From a bacterium (GTDB taxonomy: Bacteria; Margulisbacteria; Marinamargulisbacteria; GCA-2716485; JAYNIM01), in contig JAYNIM010000001.1 of assembly GCA_038109055.1 (NCBI GenBank), positions 459,365 to 523,364 on the forward strand: DNA of 64,000 nucleotides, in the 5' to 3' direction. Positions within the stretch are counted from its first letter, which is position 1, and every line of letters starts with the position of its first letter. Under the pieces are notes generated by a model. The model was not told where the DNA came from. It did no database searches and saw only the letters and a program-made list of their open reading frames with translations. The position numbers and the translations under genes are program-made. Below, one piece after another: positions 10,039-20,640 of the stretch.

Positions 10039-11625
10039 TTAACGTTGCGCCGTAACTCGAATCGCGTCTACTTCTACTACCTTCCCCTCTTCCATACGAT
10101 ATTGCTTCCCACTCTTCGCACAAGTCAACAACTCTTCTTTGTCAAACTCCAGCTTTTTCCCACCTTCCGATACCCATCCCACAACGCGTGCAGGATTACC
10201 TACTACAAGTGCAAAATTGGGCACGTCTTTGGTAACAACAGCTCCTGCGCCCACCATACAAAAGCGACCCAAAGTAACCCCACATACAATAGTGGCATTA
10301 GCACCGATAGAAGCGCCTTCTTTAACCAGTGTTTTAACATAGTATTTTGACTCTGCCTGCGGATATTTACTTCTGGGCATATTAATATTAGTAAAGACCA
10401 TAGAGGGCCCACAAAACACGTAATCTTGAAGTTCAACTCCTTCGTACACTGAGACGTTGTTCTGAATCTTGCAGTGATTTCCTATTTTGACGTTTGTTCC
10501 AATATTTACATTTTGACCTAAAATGCAGTTTTTGCCGATCTCGGCATTTGCTAAAATATTGCTAAAATTCCAAATGGCTGTTCCCTTACCTATTTTGGCA
10601 GAGTCATGTACACAGACTGTTGAATGAATCTTTCGTTCAGTATTTACGTTGGTATTTTTGATACTACTTTTATTCTCTAAGGTATCTTGTGCTTGTTCGA
10701 GTACCTCTAAAACATCCACTCCTTTTCTGCCAGAAATCACCTCATTTTTTTCTTTTCCACGAATACAGTCGATAAAATGTTGTAATTCAGCTTCCAACGG
10801 TTGTTTTTCTTCGTAAGAAAGTACTTCTGTGGCTCCTTCACGTTTGACTGGTTCTCCTTGTACCCAATCGATACCTTTTTCGTAAAAAAGCAACTCTTTT
10901 TTAGGGGTACTATCTTCATACACAAACATCCCCTTATCCCCAATAACAACCAATCGATGTTCTTTAAATGGATGTAACCAGCTTACGAAGCTATGCGCCA
11001 CGATATTATCGGGGTATTTTAGGCAGGTAATGGTTGTATCATGAATCCCTGGTTGTAAAAATGCGCCCCCTCTACTCTCAATGTCTTCTGGCTTTTTGTC
11101 GGTAAAATATTGAAAAATTGACAGATCATGTGGCGCAAAGCTCCATAGGCTATTCTCCTCTTTTCTCACCGTCCCTAAATTTAAACGGTTGCTATACATG
11201 TATTGTAATTTTCCGATCCGCCCTTCTAGCATCTCTTTTTTAATTTTTTGAATCGCCGGATGAAATAAAAGCAAATGCCCTGTCATTAACACCTGTTTTT
11301 TGCTGTCTGCTAGCGCACACAATTCTTTTGCTTCCTGGCTATTTAAGGTAATAGGCTTTTCGACTAAGACTGGTTTTGATGCAGTTAAGCAGGTTTTTGC
11401 AATCGTATAATGATGTTCTGCTGGTACTGCAACCACATACGCATCATAATCAAGAGCCCCTTCCTCCTCTATATGATTAAAAACATTGCAATCTGGATAA
11501 TCTGATTGAATTTTTTCTATGTTTTTTCTGCTATTGTCTATCACTGCAGCTAAACTACCCATTGAAGACAATGTTTTTATATGATTTCTCCCCCAACGTC
11601 CTGCACCAATGACTGCTATTTTCAT
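10039..11625 (-). CDS. Fused Gfo/Idh/MocA oxidoreductase + hexapeptide N-acetyltransferase (WbpB-WbpD/WlbA-WlbB-like)
   Basis: GAGRWG and VEKP in N-terminal part; C-terminal left-handed beta-helix with IQNNVSVYEGV, CGPSMVFTN, GANATIVCG, VGNPAR. Confidence 0.88.
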   Translation of the reverse strand: MKIAVIGAGRWGRNHIKTLSSMGSLAAVIDNSRKNIEKIQSDYPDCNVFNHIEEEGALDYDAYVVAVPAEHHYTIAKTCLTASKPVLVEKPITLNSQEAKELCALADSKKQVLMTGHLLLFHPAIQKIKKEMLEGRIGKLQYMYSNRLNLGTVRKEENSLWSFAPHDLSIFQYFTDKKPEDIESRGGAFLQPGIHDTTITCLKYPDNIVAHSFVSWLHPFKEHRLVVIGDKGMFVYEDSTPKKELLFYEKGIDWVQGEPVKREGATEVLSYEEKQPLEAELQHFIDCIRGKEKNEVISGRKGVDVLEVLEQAQDTLENKSSIKNTNVNTERKIHSTVCVHDSAKIGKGTAIWNFSNILANAEIGKNCILGQNVNIGTNVKIGNHCKIQNNVSVYEGVELQDYVFCGPSMVFTNINMPRSKYPQAESKYYVKTLVKEGASIGANATIVCGVTLGRFCMVGAGAVVTKDVPNFALVVGNPARVVGWVSEGGKKLEFDKEELLTCAKSGKQYRMEEGKVVEVDAIRVTAQR

Positions 11626-11653
11626 GCCTTATATCCTACAGGCTTTAATTTTG

Positions 11654-12268
11654 TTAGGCAATTATTTTGGCTAATGTCTTTATAATTAACCTCATATCTA
11701 CTCGGAATGAAAGTTCTCTTTTGTATCGTTTGCTTAACTTAATTTTTTGGGGAAGTACCTCAGTGATGTAGCCCTGTTCTTTATCCTTGAACGTAGCTAG
11801 AATGGCTTCTTCGTCTACATACTCTAATGTTGCAAAATCTGTGATTCCAGGCTTAATTTCTAGTATTTCTTCATACTCCTTTTTAAATTTCTCTATGTAT
11901 TTTTTAACTTCAGGACGGGGACCTACTATCGCCATGTCTCCCTTTACTACATTCATGAGTTGAGGCAACTCATCCAGCTTAATACGCCTTAATAGCGTCC
12001 CCATCTTTGTTAATCGTGGATCATTTTTGTGTGTAATTAACGCCCCCATTTGGTCCGCATTAATTTTCATGCTACGAAATTTTAACATCGTAAAGGGTTT
12101 ATTCTCTTTACCTATTCGTTCTTGTGTATAAAATATGGGTCCTTTCGAGTCTAGTTTAATTAAAATAGCGACTATTACAAATAGCGGTGTTAAAAAGGCA
12201 AGTGCCAAGGTGGCTAAAAAAAAATCAATACAGGGCTTTAGGCTATGCTGATACAGTTTCTTTGACAT
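11654..12268 (-). CDS. Initiating sugar-phosphate transferase (Bac_transf family)
   Basis: KFRSM, DPRLTKMG..LRRIKLDELPQL, VGPRPEV, KPGIT. Confidence 0.92.
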   Translation of the reverse strand: MSKKLYQHSLKPCIDFFLATLALAFLTPLFVIVAILIKLDSKGPIFYTQERIGKENKPFTMLKFRSMKINADQMGALITHKNDPRLTKMGTLLRRIKLDELPQLMNVVKGDMAIVGPRPEVKKYIEKFKKEYEEILEIKPGITDFATLEYVDEEAILATFKDKEQGYITEVLPQKIKLSKRYKRELSFRVDMRLIIKTLAKIIA

Positions 12269-13373
12269 GGCTTTTAACCGTTTGGATAATGTAATCTTGA
12301 TCCTTTTGGCTTAATCCTGGCCATATCGGCAATGACAGGGAATGTTGGTAGTTTTTTTCAGCTACCGGATAGGCTCTCTTGTCCCATTTGAACTTTTCTT
12401 GATAATAATGATGATGATAAATAGGAATAAAATGGACCGCATAACCAATATTATTTTTCTCTAGTTTTTGGATCAATCCATCACGGTCTTGAATTTTAAT
12501 CACAAATAAATGCCACGAAGAGCGACAATTTTTTGGTACCTCTAAATATTGAATAGGCAAGGTCTCAAAGGCCTTGATGTAACGAAGAGCTAATTCCCTT
12601 CGCATTTGATTCATCCAATCTAATTTTTTAAGTTGTACTAAACCTAATGCTGCATTCATATCTGTCATATTGTATTTAAAGCCCATATCTAATACCTCGT
12701 AATGCCAGCTCCCTTTATTTGAATAACGTCGCCAGGCTTCTCGACTCATGCCATGTAAGCGACTGACCATCATTTTGTCCGCCCATTTTTTATTGTTGGT
12801 ACAAATCATCCCTCCTTCACCCGTAGTCATGGTTTTGGTCGCGTAAAAAGAAAAGACCGTAATGTCACCAATACTGCCAATTTTTTGATTTTCATAACTT
12901 GATGGTAAGGCATGCGCAGCATCTTCGATAATTAATAGTTTATGTTTTTTTGCTATCGCTTTTAGTGCGGTCATATCACAGGGAATCCCTGCAAAATGAA
13001 CCGGCATAATCGCTTTTGTTTTAGGGGTAATAAGTGCTTCAATTTTTGAGACATCTATTGTTTGTGTATTTGCGTTAATATCACATAAAACAGGTTTAGC
13101 GTGCAAGTAGGCGACCACTTCAGCTGTAGCCACAAAGGTTGTGGTTGGTAAAATCACTTCATCGTCAGGTTGTAGATTAATGGCTTTAAGTGCTAGATGT
13201 AAACCTGCTGTTGCAGAATTTACAGACACCGTATATTTACAGCCTATATAATTTTTAAAACTTTTTTCAAAATCAATGGTTATAGGTCCCATGGTTAACC
13301 ATCCTGAACGCAGCGTTTCGCTAACGACCTTTATCTCTTCTTCAGTAATGTGAGGTTTATGAAATTTGATCAT
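12243..13373 (-). CDS. DegT/DnrJ/EryC1/StrS aminotransferase
   Basis: SGWLTMGP, EDAAHA, FSFYATKTMTTGEGG, GFKYNMTD. Confidence 0.92.
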   Translation of the reverse strand: MIKFHKPHITEEEIKVVSETLRSGWLTMGPITIDFEKSFKNYIGCKYTVSVNSATAGLHLALKAINLQPDDEVILPTTTFVATAEVVAYLHAKPVLCDINANTQTIDVSKIEALITPKTKAIMPVHFAGIPCDMTALKAIAKKHKLLIIEDAAHALPSSYENQKIGSIGDITVFSFYATKTMTTGEGGMICTNNKKWADKMMVSRLHGMSREAWRRYSNKGSWHYEVLDMGFKYNMTDMNAALGLVQLKKLDWMNQMRRELALRYIKAFETLPIQYLEVPKNCRSSWHLFVIKIQDRDGLIQKLEKNNIGYAVHFIPIYHHHYYQEKFKWDKRAYPVAEKNYQHSLSLPIWPGLSQKDQDYIIQTVKSHVKETVSA

Positions 13374-13540
13374 TATTATTATTTTAAAGTTTATTGATTA
13401 ATACTTAAAGAGACAAATGAAAATAACAACAATTTACTTTTTAGTTGTTTCATTTCTTATTTATTTTTGTGATAATTTAATTTATAAAATCTTTAAGCAA
13501 AACATCAAATCTTCATTTTTTTTCATTTATATTTGTCACT

Positions 13541-13963
13541 TTGTTAATCATTACTTCTATGCTTATTTGGCAATCCTATAAACGATATGATGTCAATAAA
13601 GTTCCTCAAGATTGTTTTAAATATCTTAAAATATGTCAGTTTGACTCACTTATTCCAGATAAAAATGGTTCTAAAAATCCGTTTACTTACAGAATTTTAG
13701 TTCCATTTATTGTAAAATCTGTACATTGGTTACCTCCATACCCTGGAATTATTAACTCTGATCTATCTTTTACACAAAAACATTTTTTCTTTCATTTTAA
13801 ATGTGTTAATTATTTTTTTATTTTATTTTTCTTTTCACAAACTTTGGGATTAGGTTCAGGTAATGGAGGACGGATCATTTCTTTTGCTTATATTATTATT
13901 CTCCATTATATTGCATTTTTATATTCAATGTATGAAAATTTATTTATTAAAGAAAACTCTTGA
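13541..13963 (+). pseudogene. Probable internally deleted membrane-protein gene
   Basis: 140 aa with TTG start and NPFTYRILVP segment; C-terminus homologous to an orphan fragment at 15712-15891; short hydrophobic stub MKITTIYFLVVFISYLFL* at 13417 upstream. Confidence 0.45.
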
Positions 13964-14037
13964 TTGTATCTTTACAGTCAGACTATCTTTTTTTAATCTT
14001 TCATAATATTTTTGTTTAATTTAGACTATACATTGTA

Positions 14038-14961
14038 GTGATGAAAATATGCACAATCCTTCTTCCTGTTTATAATGAAAATGACAACCTTCCTAGTTTG
14101 TTAGAACTTATTAAGTGTCAGTTTAATAAAATACCACTGTGGTCATATTCTGTGCTCATTGTAAATGATGGGAGTGATATGACTACCAAATCTTTAATTC
14201 AAGATCTTTCATCTTCACATGAAAATATCAGTTCCATTCATTTTATTCGAAACTTTGGCCACCAGGCTGCTTTGCAGGCAGGTATCTTACATGCTAAAGG
14301 TGATGCCATTGTTATGATGGACTCTGACTTGCAACACTGCCCCTCTTATATCCCCAAAATGCTCCAATACTTTGACGAAGGTTACGAATATGTACAAATG
14401 GTAAGAAATGAATCCACAACTGGCATTAAGGGTTTTTTATCTAAAAATTTTTATCGCATCTTTAATCAAATTTCAGATATTAAACTTATTCCCAACGCTC
14501 CTGATTTTCGTTTAATTTCACCTCGTGTCCAATCATTGTTCAACTCTATTCAACATAAACAAAAAGTTCTTCGAGTGATTCCATCACTTTTTAACATTGA
14601 ATTCAAATGTATTGCTTATAAAGAACTGGATCGTTTTGCTGGTTCCAGCAAGTATAACACAATCAAATCAGCTCGTTTTGCAATGAATATTTTGTTTAAT
14701 TTTAGTACGTTACCCCTTAATGTTATTTTTCTTTTTGGTGTCAGTTTGGCACTACTAAGTTTTTTTGCAGGAGCAACATCCATACTATTGAAAATTATTT
14801 TTGGGCCTCTTATTGTTCCAGGATATACAGATATAATTTGTAGCATCCTTTTTTTAAGTGGCACTATCTTAGGATCTGTTGGAATTATTGGCCGTTATTT
14901 AATTGTTATCATAAAAGAACTCCATGGCTACCCTACGTATATTATTGATGAAGATGCATAA
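14038..14961 (+). CDS. GT2 polyprenol-phosphate glycosyltransferase (GtrB/ArnC-like)
   Basis: LPVYNE, VNDGS, RNFGHQAAL, MDSDLQH, DFRLI, two C-terminal TM helices. Confidence 0.9.
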   Translation: MMKICTILLPVYNENDNLPSLLELIKCQFNKIPLWSYSVLIVNDGSDMTTKSLIQDLSSSHENISSIHFIRNFGHQAALQAGILHAKGDAIVMMDSDLQHCPSYIPKMLQYFDEGYEYVQMVRNESTTGIKGFLSKNFYRIFNQISDIKLIPNAPDFRLISPRVQSLFNSIQHKQKVLRVIPSLFNIEFKCIAYKELDRFAGSSKYNTIKSARFAMNILFNFSTLPLNVIFLFGVSLALLSFFAGATSILLKIIFGPLIVPGYTDIICSILFLSGTILGSVGIIGRYLIVIIKELHGYPTYIIDEDA

Positions 14962-15724
14962 AATAAAGTCATTGATTTCAATTACTGCAGATGATTATGG
15001 CTTACATCCGTCTATAAATAAGGCAATTATTTCTTGTGCTAAACAAGAGGCTCTTCAACGTATTTCTGTATGTGCTAACGGATCTTATATCGATTGGGAC
15101 TGCCTAAAAACGCTTCAAACAAACGGCCTGCACATTGGTGCTCATATCACACTTGTGGGTGAAAAATGGCATACTCGGCCCTATTTCTTTACGTCATGGC
15201 GCTCCTTTATTTTCCGATTATTTTTTTCCCCTTCTACATTTATTGAAAAACTTCAAAAAGAAATTCAATGGCAACTGGATCAATTCACTTGCCATGGGCT
15301 TAAAATCAACCACATTGATAGTCATCAACATGTGCATGTTTTGCCAAAACTTTGGCCTATTTTTTATAGATTAGCACTACGCAATCATATCCCAGCGATT
15401 CGTATTCCCTATGTACCCTCTTTTGCTTCCTTGAAACTTTCTTTTTCTCATCTTTTCTTGCAAGTTCTATCATTGTATCGTAAACGAACTTGCGCATTAG
15501 CTCATACCCCTTGTCTTGGTATTGCACATAGTGGTCGAAATACAGCTAAAACCTTTTCACGTGAATGTCGACATGTGACTCAACAAACAGAATTTATCCT
15601 GCATCCTGGAGATGACAATAGGGCCTTAAATGAACATTATCCTTCTTGGAGATTTGATTGGGAAGGAGAACTGTCTCTCATACATTATTGTCTATCTTTA
15701 CCTTTTGCTAAATCTTTTTTATAG
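14954..15724 (+). CDS. ChbG/HpnK (YdjC) family deacetylase
   Basis: ITADDYG, GAHITL, HIDSHQHVH, EFILHPG. Confidence 0.88.
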   Translation: MHKIKSLISITADDYGLHPSINKAIISCAKQEALQRISVCANGSYIDWDCLKTLQTNGLHIGAHITLVGEKWHTRPYFFTSWRSFIFRLFFSPSTFIEKLQKEIQWQLDQFTCHGLKINHIDSHQHVHVLPKLWPIFYRLALRNHIPAIRIPYVPSFASLKLSFSHLFLQVLSLYRKRTCALAHTPCLGIAHSGRNTAKTFSRECRHVTQQTEFILHPGDDNRALNEHYPSWRFDWEGELSLIHYCLSLPFAKSFL

Positions 15725-15891
15725 TCTCTAGTATATATACAAGTCTTTTCTTGTTTTCCTTTTTTTTTCTTTTTTCCCCAACTTTAGGTCTCGAATCTAG
15801 CCATGCTGCTCGTATCGTTTTGTTTTCTTATATTGTTATGCTGCCTTGTATCACCTTCATTTATTCTCTACTTAAATATATCTTTTTATAA
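15712..15891 (+). pseudogene. Orphan C-terminal fragment of a membrane protein, paralogous to the 13541-13963 C-terminus
   Basis: Reads ...FFLFSPTLGLESSHAARIVLFSYIVMLPCITFIYSLLKYIFL*, versus FFFSQTLGLGSGNGGRIISFAYIIILHYIAFLYSMYENLF; bounded upstream by a stop at 15709-15711. Confidence 0.6.
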
Positions 15892-15966
15892 ATGCTGAAT
15901 AGATTTTCTATTCAAATTTCATGCAAGCTAGTGCTGTCTTTTTCGCATTCTATGCATGAGTCGTGA

Positions 15967-16197
15967 CTTTCATATCTCTTAACTCAGTGTTCTTCCTTTA
16001 TTACAAAAGAGAGTCGAATTCTTGATTATGGTTGTAGTAGCGATTTTCTGTCTTACTTACTTCATAAAAATCATACTTGTAATGGTTCTTTTGTTTTAGT
16101 TGATAGGTATGAACTATCGCTTTTTCTAACGGATTTTTATTTAATATGTTATTTATTTATGTTTCACGGCTTTTTAAATGTAGCCACTTTCATTTGA
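15967..16197 (+). pseudogene. Remnant of a class I SAM-dependent methyltransferase
   Basis: Stop-to-stop frame LSYLLTQCSSFITKESRILDYGCSSDFLSYLL... with a degenerate motif I (LDYGCxxG) and no upstream start. Confidence 0.5.
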
Positions 16198-16390
16198 ATC
16201 ACCTATCGGATTATACTGGAGCCAGCAGTTTAGCTGTATCTAAATCTCTTTATTTGGCTTCGTTTTATCCCAACTTTTTTATACCCAAACAGTGATTTTC
16301 TGTTGTATTAGATAATAGCTAACGATTCTCTCTAATAACGTTTACTATCATTATTCATGGACTTTCTCTTATGACATGTGTTTATCAATA

Positions 16391-17146
16391 TCAACGTTTT
16401 AATTTGACTAAACACAGCACCTTCAGAAAGGCTAACCCATTCACAACCTTTCTTGGCAAGAAACTTATTATCTTTTTACGTATTTTATATGGCATTGTTG
16501 AAAAATCTTTTATGTTACTACCTGATGACACTTTATATTTTTCTAGTTGTAAGGTTACTTTTTTATTTACAGATTTATGAATGTATAACAGTATATTATT
16601 TCTATAATAATACTCCACTCTTTTGTCATTAATAATGTACGGGCGAATACAGTCATACGCTTCGAAGTTATGTTTTTGAAACAACTCAAACCAATAACTC
16701 AATGGTTGTTCGTTAATATGATGCGTGCCTCCTTGACCAGGCACTGCTGCTGAAAAAAGAACCACCTTTCCATGCCTAATTATATTTTGAATAAAAATAG
16801 CTGCAGATTCTAAGGGCAAATGTTCTGCTACTTCTAATGATTGAACAAGATCAAATTGTTTATTCAATACGATTTCTTTTGATAAATCATGTGTTACATA
16901 TGCGTCTGGATCTATCATTAATGTATCGTTCAAGGCTCTGGCATTATCTATTCCTACAACTTCTTTCACGCCTCTTTTCTCCCAATTCTTAAGCCAAACA
17001 CCCGTCCCACAACCAATATCTAATACAGACCTTAACTCACATCCATTCATTTTTTTAATTAAAAGATCTTCTACGACTTCTGCGGATTTATTGCTATACG
17101 TGTTGATTCTTTTGAAAAATGTTTCGCTATATCTTTCTTTTTTCAT
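16391..17146 (-). CDS. Class I SAM-dependent methyltransferase
   Basis: SVLDIGCGTGVWL, FDLVQSLEVAEHL, FSAAVPGQGGTHHINEQ. Confidence 0.9.
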   Translation of the reverse strand: MKKERYSETFFKRINTYSNKSAEVVEDLLIKKMNGCELRSVLDIGCGTGVWLKNWEKRGVKEVVGIDNARALNDTLMIDPDAYVTHDLSKEIVLNKQFDLVQSLEVAEHLPLESAAIFIQNIIRHGKVVLFSAAVPGQGGTHHINEQPLSYWFELFQKHNFEAYDCIRPYIINDKRVEYYYRNNILLYIHKSVNKKVTLQLEKYKVSSGSNIKDFSTMPYKIRKKIISFLPRKVVNGLAFLKVLCLVKLKR

Positions 17147-17162
17147 TGGTCATTATGGTATC

Positions 17163-18665
17163 ATGTTTTTTGTGAATTTTTTTCTTTTATTATTTTTTAA
17201 TATCCTTTACCTTTCACTTTATTTTTTAAGACTTGATTCCATTCCAATGATTGCTATAGACGAAGGTTGGAACGCTGTTCATGCTTATGATCAGTGGGGA
17301 AAAAATCCTTTCCCTCTTCATTCAACCCTTATTTCTCAGATTTTCCCTCTTTATTACATACTACTTGCTTTTAGTTTTTTATTTTTTGATATCTCTCTTT
17401 TTACAGTTAGATCTATTGCTATTTTAATTGGTCTTGTTGGCTTTAATGGGTTCTTTTTTCTCTTGTCACGCTTCATATCATCTAAGCGCCTTCTTTCAAT
17501 TGGAATGATTCTGTTTCTATTTCATAATGTCTTTATTGTTACGTTTCGTTGGGGTCGATTGGAATTTTTAGTCACAACTCTGATGATTTGGTCTGTTTAT
17601 TTTTTAGTCAAAGCTATACAATCCAAACACTATTATCATCTCTTTTTTACGGGCTTACTGGTGGGGTTAATGGTCTTTACACACCCCTTCGCTACAGCGT
17701 TTGTTCTTTCAATACTCCTCGTTTTGTGGAGATTCCCTATAAACACACGAAAAAGTTATCTCTATTTCGTTGGTGGTGGAGGTATTGTTTTATTTCTTAT
17801 GGTGCTTAAAGGATTCACCTGGGATCTTATTTTTATACAAAATCATTTTTTCTCAATTATGTTTGAACGCACCTCTTTTCATAAAGCTACCCCCTCCTTG
17901 TTTTATCAATTCTATGATTTTTTTCGTGCTTACTGTCTTGGCCTTAAGCGCGTATATATTTTATTTTTTGAAATTGGCATTATTATTTTTTCGTTCTTTC
18001 GATATCGAAAGGATCCTCTACTTTCTAATTTGTCCCTTATTTCTTTTTTCACCTTTATCCAGTTTCTCCTTATCTTACACCCCTTTCGTGCTCGATATAT
18101 GGGAATTGTAATTGTAATATCTATTTTACTAGCTGTTGTTGGTCTTCTAAAGGAAAAAGTTTTACTAAAAAAATTTTTATTCGTTTTTGTATTTCTTTAT
18201 TTTTCAAATAATCTTATGGGCGATTTATATTTTCTATATATTCATAAAAACAACACTCCTTATTCTATTATTACTAAGGAACTAACAACCGAGATACCTT
18301 TAGGCTCCAAAATTGTGGCGCCTGTTCAATTTTGGCTTGCTTTACATGAGTATTATACGATCACGGAAATACATGATGCGATATCGATCAATCAACAAAA
18401 GCCCTCCCTTTCTGTCTACCTCAATAACAGTGACTATTTTATCTATAGTCCTTACTTCCTGGTTAATATATCACCTACATCAGGGACTATTCCAGTACGT
18501 GTTGATTTATCACAAGATCATTTTAACCTTGGTCTTAAAAAAGCCACACAAAATCCTCAATGGACGCTGCATAAAACTATTGATGCAATCCCCTATGACA
18601 AAATCTTTATCTATAAACGAGTAGTCCCTATCAGTGATCCTAGGTCTTCTAAGGGTGCCAAATAA
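17163..18665 (+). CDS. GT-C (ArnT/PMT, GT39/83-like) membrane glycosyltransferase
   Basis: Early DE motif (AIDEGW) after TM1, about 11-13 hydrophobic segments, soluble C-terminal domain; start moved to ATG 17163 to avoid overlap with the divergent gene. Confidence 0.7.
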   Translation: MFFVNFFLLLFFNILYLSLYFLRLDSIPMIAIDEGWNAVHAYDQWGKNPFPLHSTLISQIFPLYYILLAFSFLFFDISLFTVRSIAILIGLVGFNGFFFLLSRFISSKRLLSIGMILFLFHNVFIVTFRWGRLEFLVTTLMIWSVYFLVKAIQSKHYYHLFFTGLLVGLMVFTHPFATAFVLSILLVLWRFPINTRKSYLYFVGGGGIVLFLMVLKGFTWDLIFIQNHFFSIMFERTSFHKATPSLFYQFYDFFRAYCLGLKRVYILFFEIGIIIFSFFRYRKDPLLSNLSLISFFTFIQFLLILHPFRARYMGIVIVISILLAVVGLLKEKVLLKKFLFVFVFLYFSNNLMGDLYFLYIHKNNTPYSIITKELTTEIPLGSKIVAPVQFWLALHEYYTITEIHDAISINQQKPSLSVYLNNSDYFIYSPYFLVNISPTSGTIPVRVDLSQDHFNLGLKKATQNPQWTLHKTIDAIPYDKIFIYKRVVPISDPRSSKGAK

Positions 18666-18690
18666 ATATAAATACGCTATAGTTTAGCTT

Positions 18691-20589
18691 ATGAAGTCGT
18701 TACTTAACGTCCTTTTCAGTATTTCTACGAAACTAAAAATTAGTATCCTTGTTTGTCTTGATTTTATCTTTAATAGTTTTTCTTTTTTTCTTTCATTTAC
18801 CTTGTTACAAGGGCTATTTTTATTTTCTTCATTCCAGCATTTTTTGATTATTATGGCGTTATCTGCTCTTATTAAATCTTCATTTTATGCGTATTTTAGG
18901 GTGTATCATTTTTTATGGCGTTATGCATCGGTTAAAGAATTTTTATCTTTGCTTAAAAGTTCGTTACTTAGTTCGTTAGTACTTGGATGTTTTTTATTAG
19001 CTTGGTCTAAAGGTGCTGTTCCTGTACCTGTCCTACTTTTAGATTTTTTTATCACGCTCTCTTTAACTGGTTATTTGCGCGTTTTTATGCGTCTAATTCG
19101 AGATTTTAATCGTAAATGGGGTAGCAAAACAAAGCGTAAACGTGTCTTGATTCTTGGTGCAGGTGAGATTGGAAGTCGTATCGCCAGAGAAATTACTCAA
19201 TTTTATCTTAATGATTATGATATTATTGGTTTTTTAGATGATGATCCTAATAAACTGAAACAGCTTATTTATCACAAAAAAATCTTGGGCACTCTGAATG
19301 ATCTAGAATCTGTATGTCAAACTTTTTTGCCTAACGAACTTATTATTGCCTTACCCTCTATTTCTAGGTCTCGTTTCCAAGAAGTTGTTCACTCCTGTCA
19401 ATCTACAGGCGTTGCATTTCGTTCTACACCGGGACTATCGGCCCTAATTGAAAGCAAAGGGATTACAAATCAATTAAAAGAAGTTGAACTTGATGACCTT
19501 TTGTTACGTTCAGAAATCAAGATGGATCTTGAGCATACACGTTCTTTTTATTCTGGAAAGCGAATTTTAGTGACAGGGGCTGCAGGTTCTATTGGTTCTG
19601 AAATTTGTAGACAGCTTTATAAGTATCTTAATTGTGATATTATTTTACTTGATCATAATGAAAATGCATTATTTGAACTTACTCAAGAGTTGTCCTCCAA
19701 ACCTAATAAGACCATCTCTTTTATTGTTGCAGACATAAAAGATCGTGCGCGATTAGAACATATTTTCAAAATATATCAACCTCACATTTTGTTGCACGCT
19801 GCGGCCCATAAACATGTCCCCTTGATGGAACAGCATCCCTATGAAGCTATCCAAAACAATATTTTAGGTACTCAACATTTGATTGAACTTAGTATACAAT
19901 TTAAGCTCTCACATTTTTTACTCATCTCCACAGACAAAGCTGTACGTCCCAGTAGCTGCATGGGAGCCTCAAAGCGTGCCTGTGAAATGCTTTTACAAAT
20001 TTATTCTGAACATAACAGTGTTTGTAAGTTTTTTGCTGTACGTTTTGGGAATGTTTTAGGATCTAATGGTAGTGTTATCCCATTATTTAAAAAGCAAATC
20101 AAACATGGTGGCCCCCTAACAGTAACGTCTCCTGAAATGACTCGTTATTTTATGACAATTCCAGAAGCTGTCTCATTGGTATTACAAACCGGACCTATTG
20201 CCAAAGGGAGAGATATTTTTATTCTTGATATGGGAAAACCTGTCAAGATTATTGATTTGGCCAAACAAATCATTTCACTTTCTGGATTGATTTTAGATAA
20301 AGATATTGAAATAAAAATTATAGGTCCACGTCCTGGAGAAAAACTGCATGAAGAACTATATTTTGATTCTAAACTTTGTAAGAAAACTGTCATTTCTAAA
20401 ATTTTTGTTAAGCAACATTTTCCTTTTGATTTAGACTTAGCACAGACTTCTATTCAGCAACTTATCACACAGCCTGTCTCTACGTCATCTCTTGCCTTAA
20501 AGCAACAGTTATTTGATATTGTTAATCATTGTACTCCCTTAGCTAAAACTGGCTTTCTTTCTTCTATACAATTAAAAACTGATGCTTGA
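18691..20589 (+). CDS. Membrane-anchored nucleotide-sugar 4,6-dehydratase (CapD/PglF/WbpM)
   Basis: N-terminal TMs, VTGAAGSIGSE, HAAAHKHVPLME, STDKAV, RFGNVLGSNGSV, MTRYFMTIPEA. Confidence 0.93.
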   Translation: MKSLLNVLFSISTKLKISILVCLDFIFNSFSFFLSFTLLQGLFLFSSFQHFLIIMALSALIKSSFYAYFRVYHFLWRYASVKEFLSLLKSSLLSSLVLGCFLLAWSKGAVPVPVLLLDFFITLSLTGYLRVFMRLIRDFNRKWGSKTKRKRVLILGAGEIGSRIAREITQFYLNDYDIIGFLDDDPNKLKQLIYHKKILGTLNDLESVCQTFLPNELIIALPSISRSRFQEVVHSCQSTGVAFRSTPGLSALIESKGITNQLKEVELDDLLLRSEIKMDLEHTRSFYSGKRILVTGAAGSIGSEICRQLYKYLNCDIILLDHNENALFELTQELSSKPNKTISFIVADIKDRARLEHIFKIYQPHILLHAAAHKHVPLMEQHPYEAIQNNILGTQHLIELSIQFKLSHFLLISTDKAVRPSSCMGASKRACEMLLQIYSEHNSVCKFFAVRFGNVLGSNGSVIPLFKKQIKHGGPLTVTSPEMTRYFMTIPEAVSLVLQTGPIAKGRDIFILDMGKPVKIIDLAKQIISLSGLILDKDIEIKIIGPRPGEKLHEELYFDSKLCKKTVISKIFVKQHFPFDLDLAQTSIQQLITQPVSTSSLALKQQLFDIVNHCTPLAKTGFLSSIQLKTDA

Positions 20590-20640
20590 CGTTGTCGTAA
20601 TTTTCTAGTCGATACTTTATTTTTTTGCTATACTTTTTCT

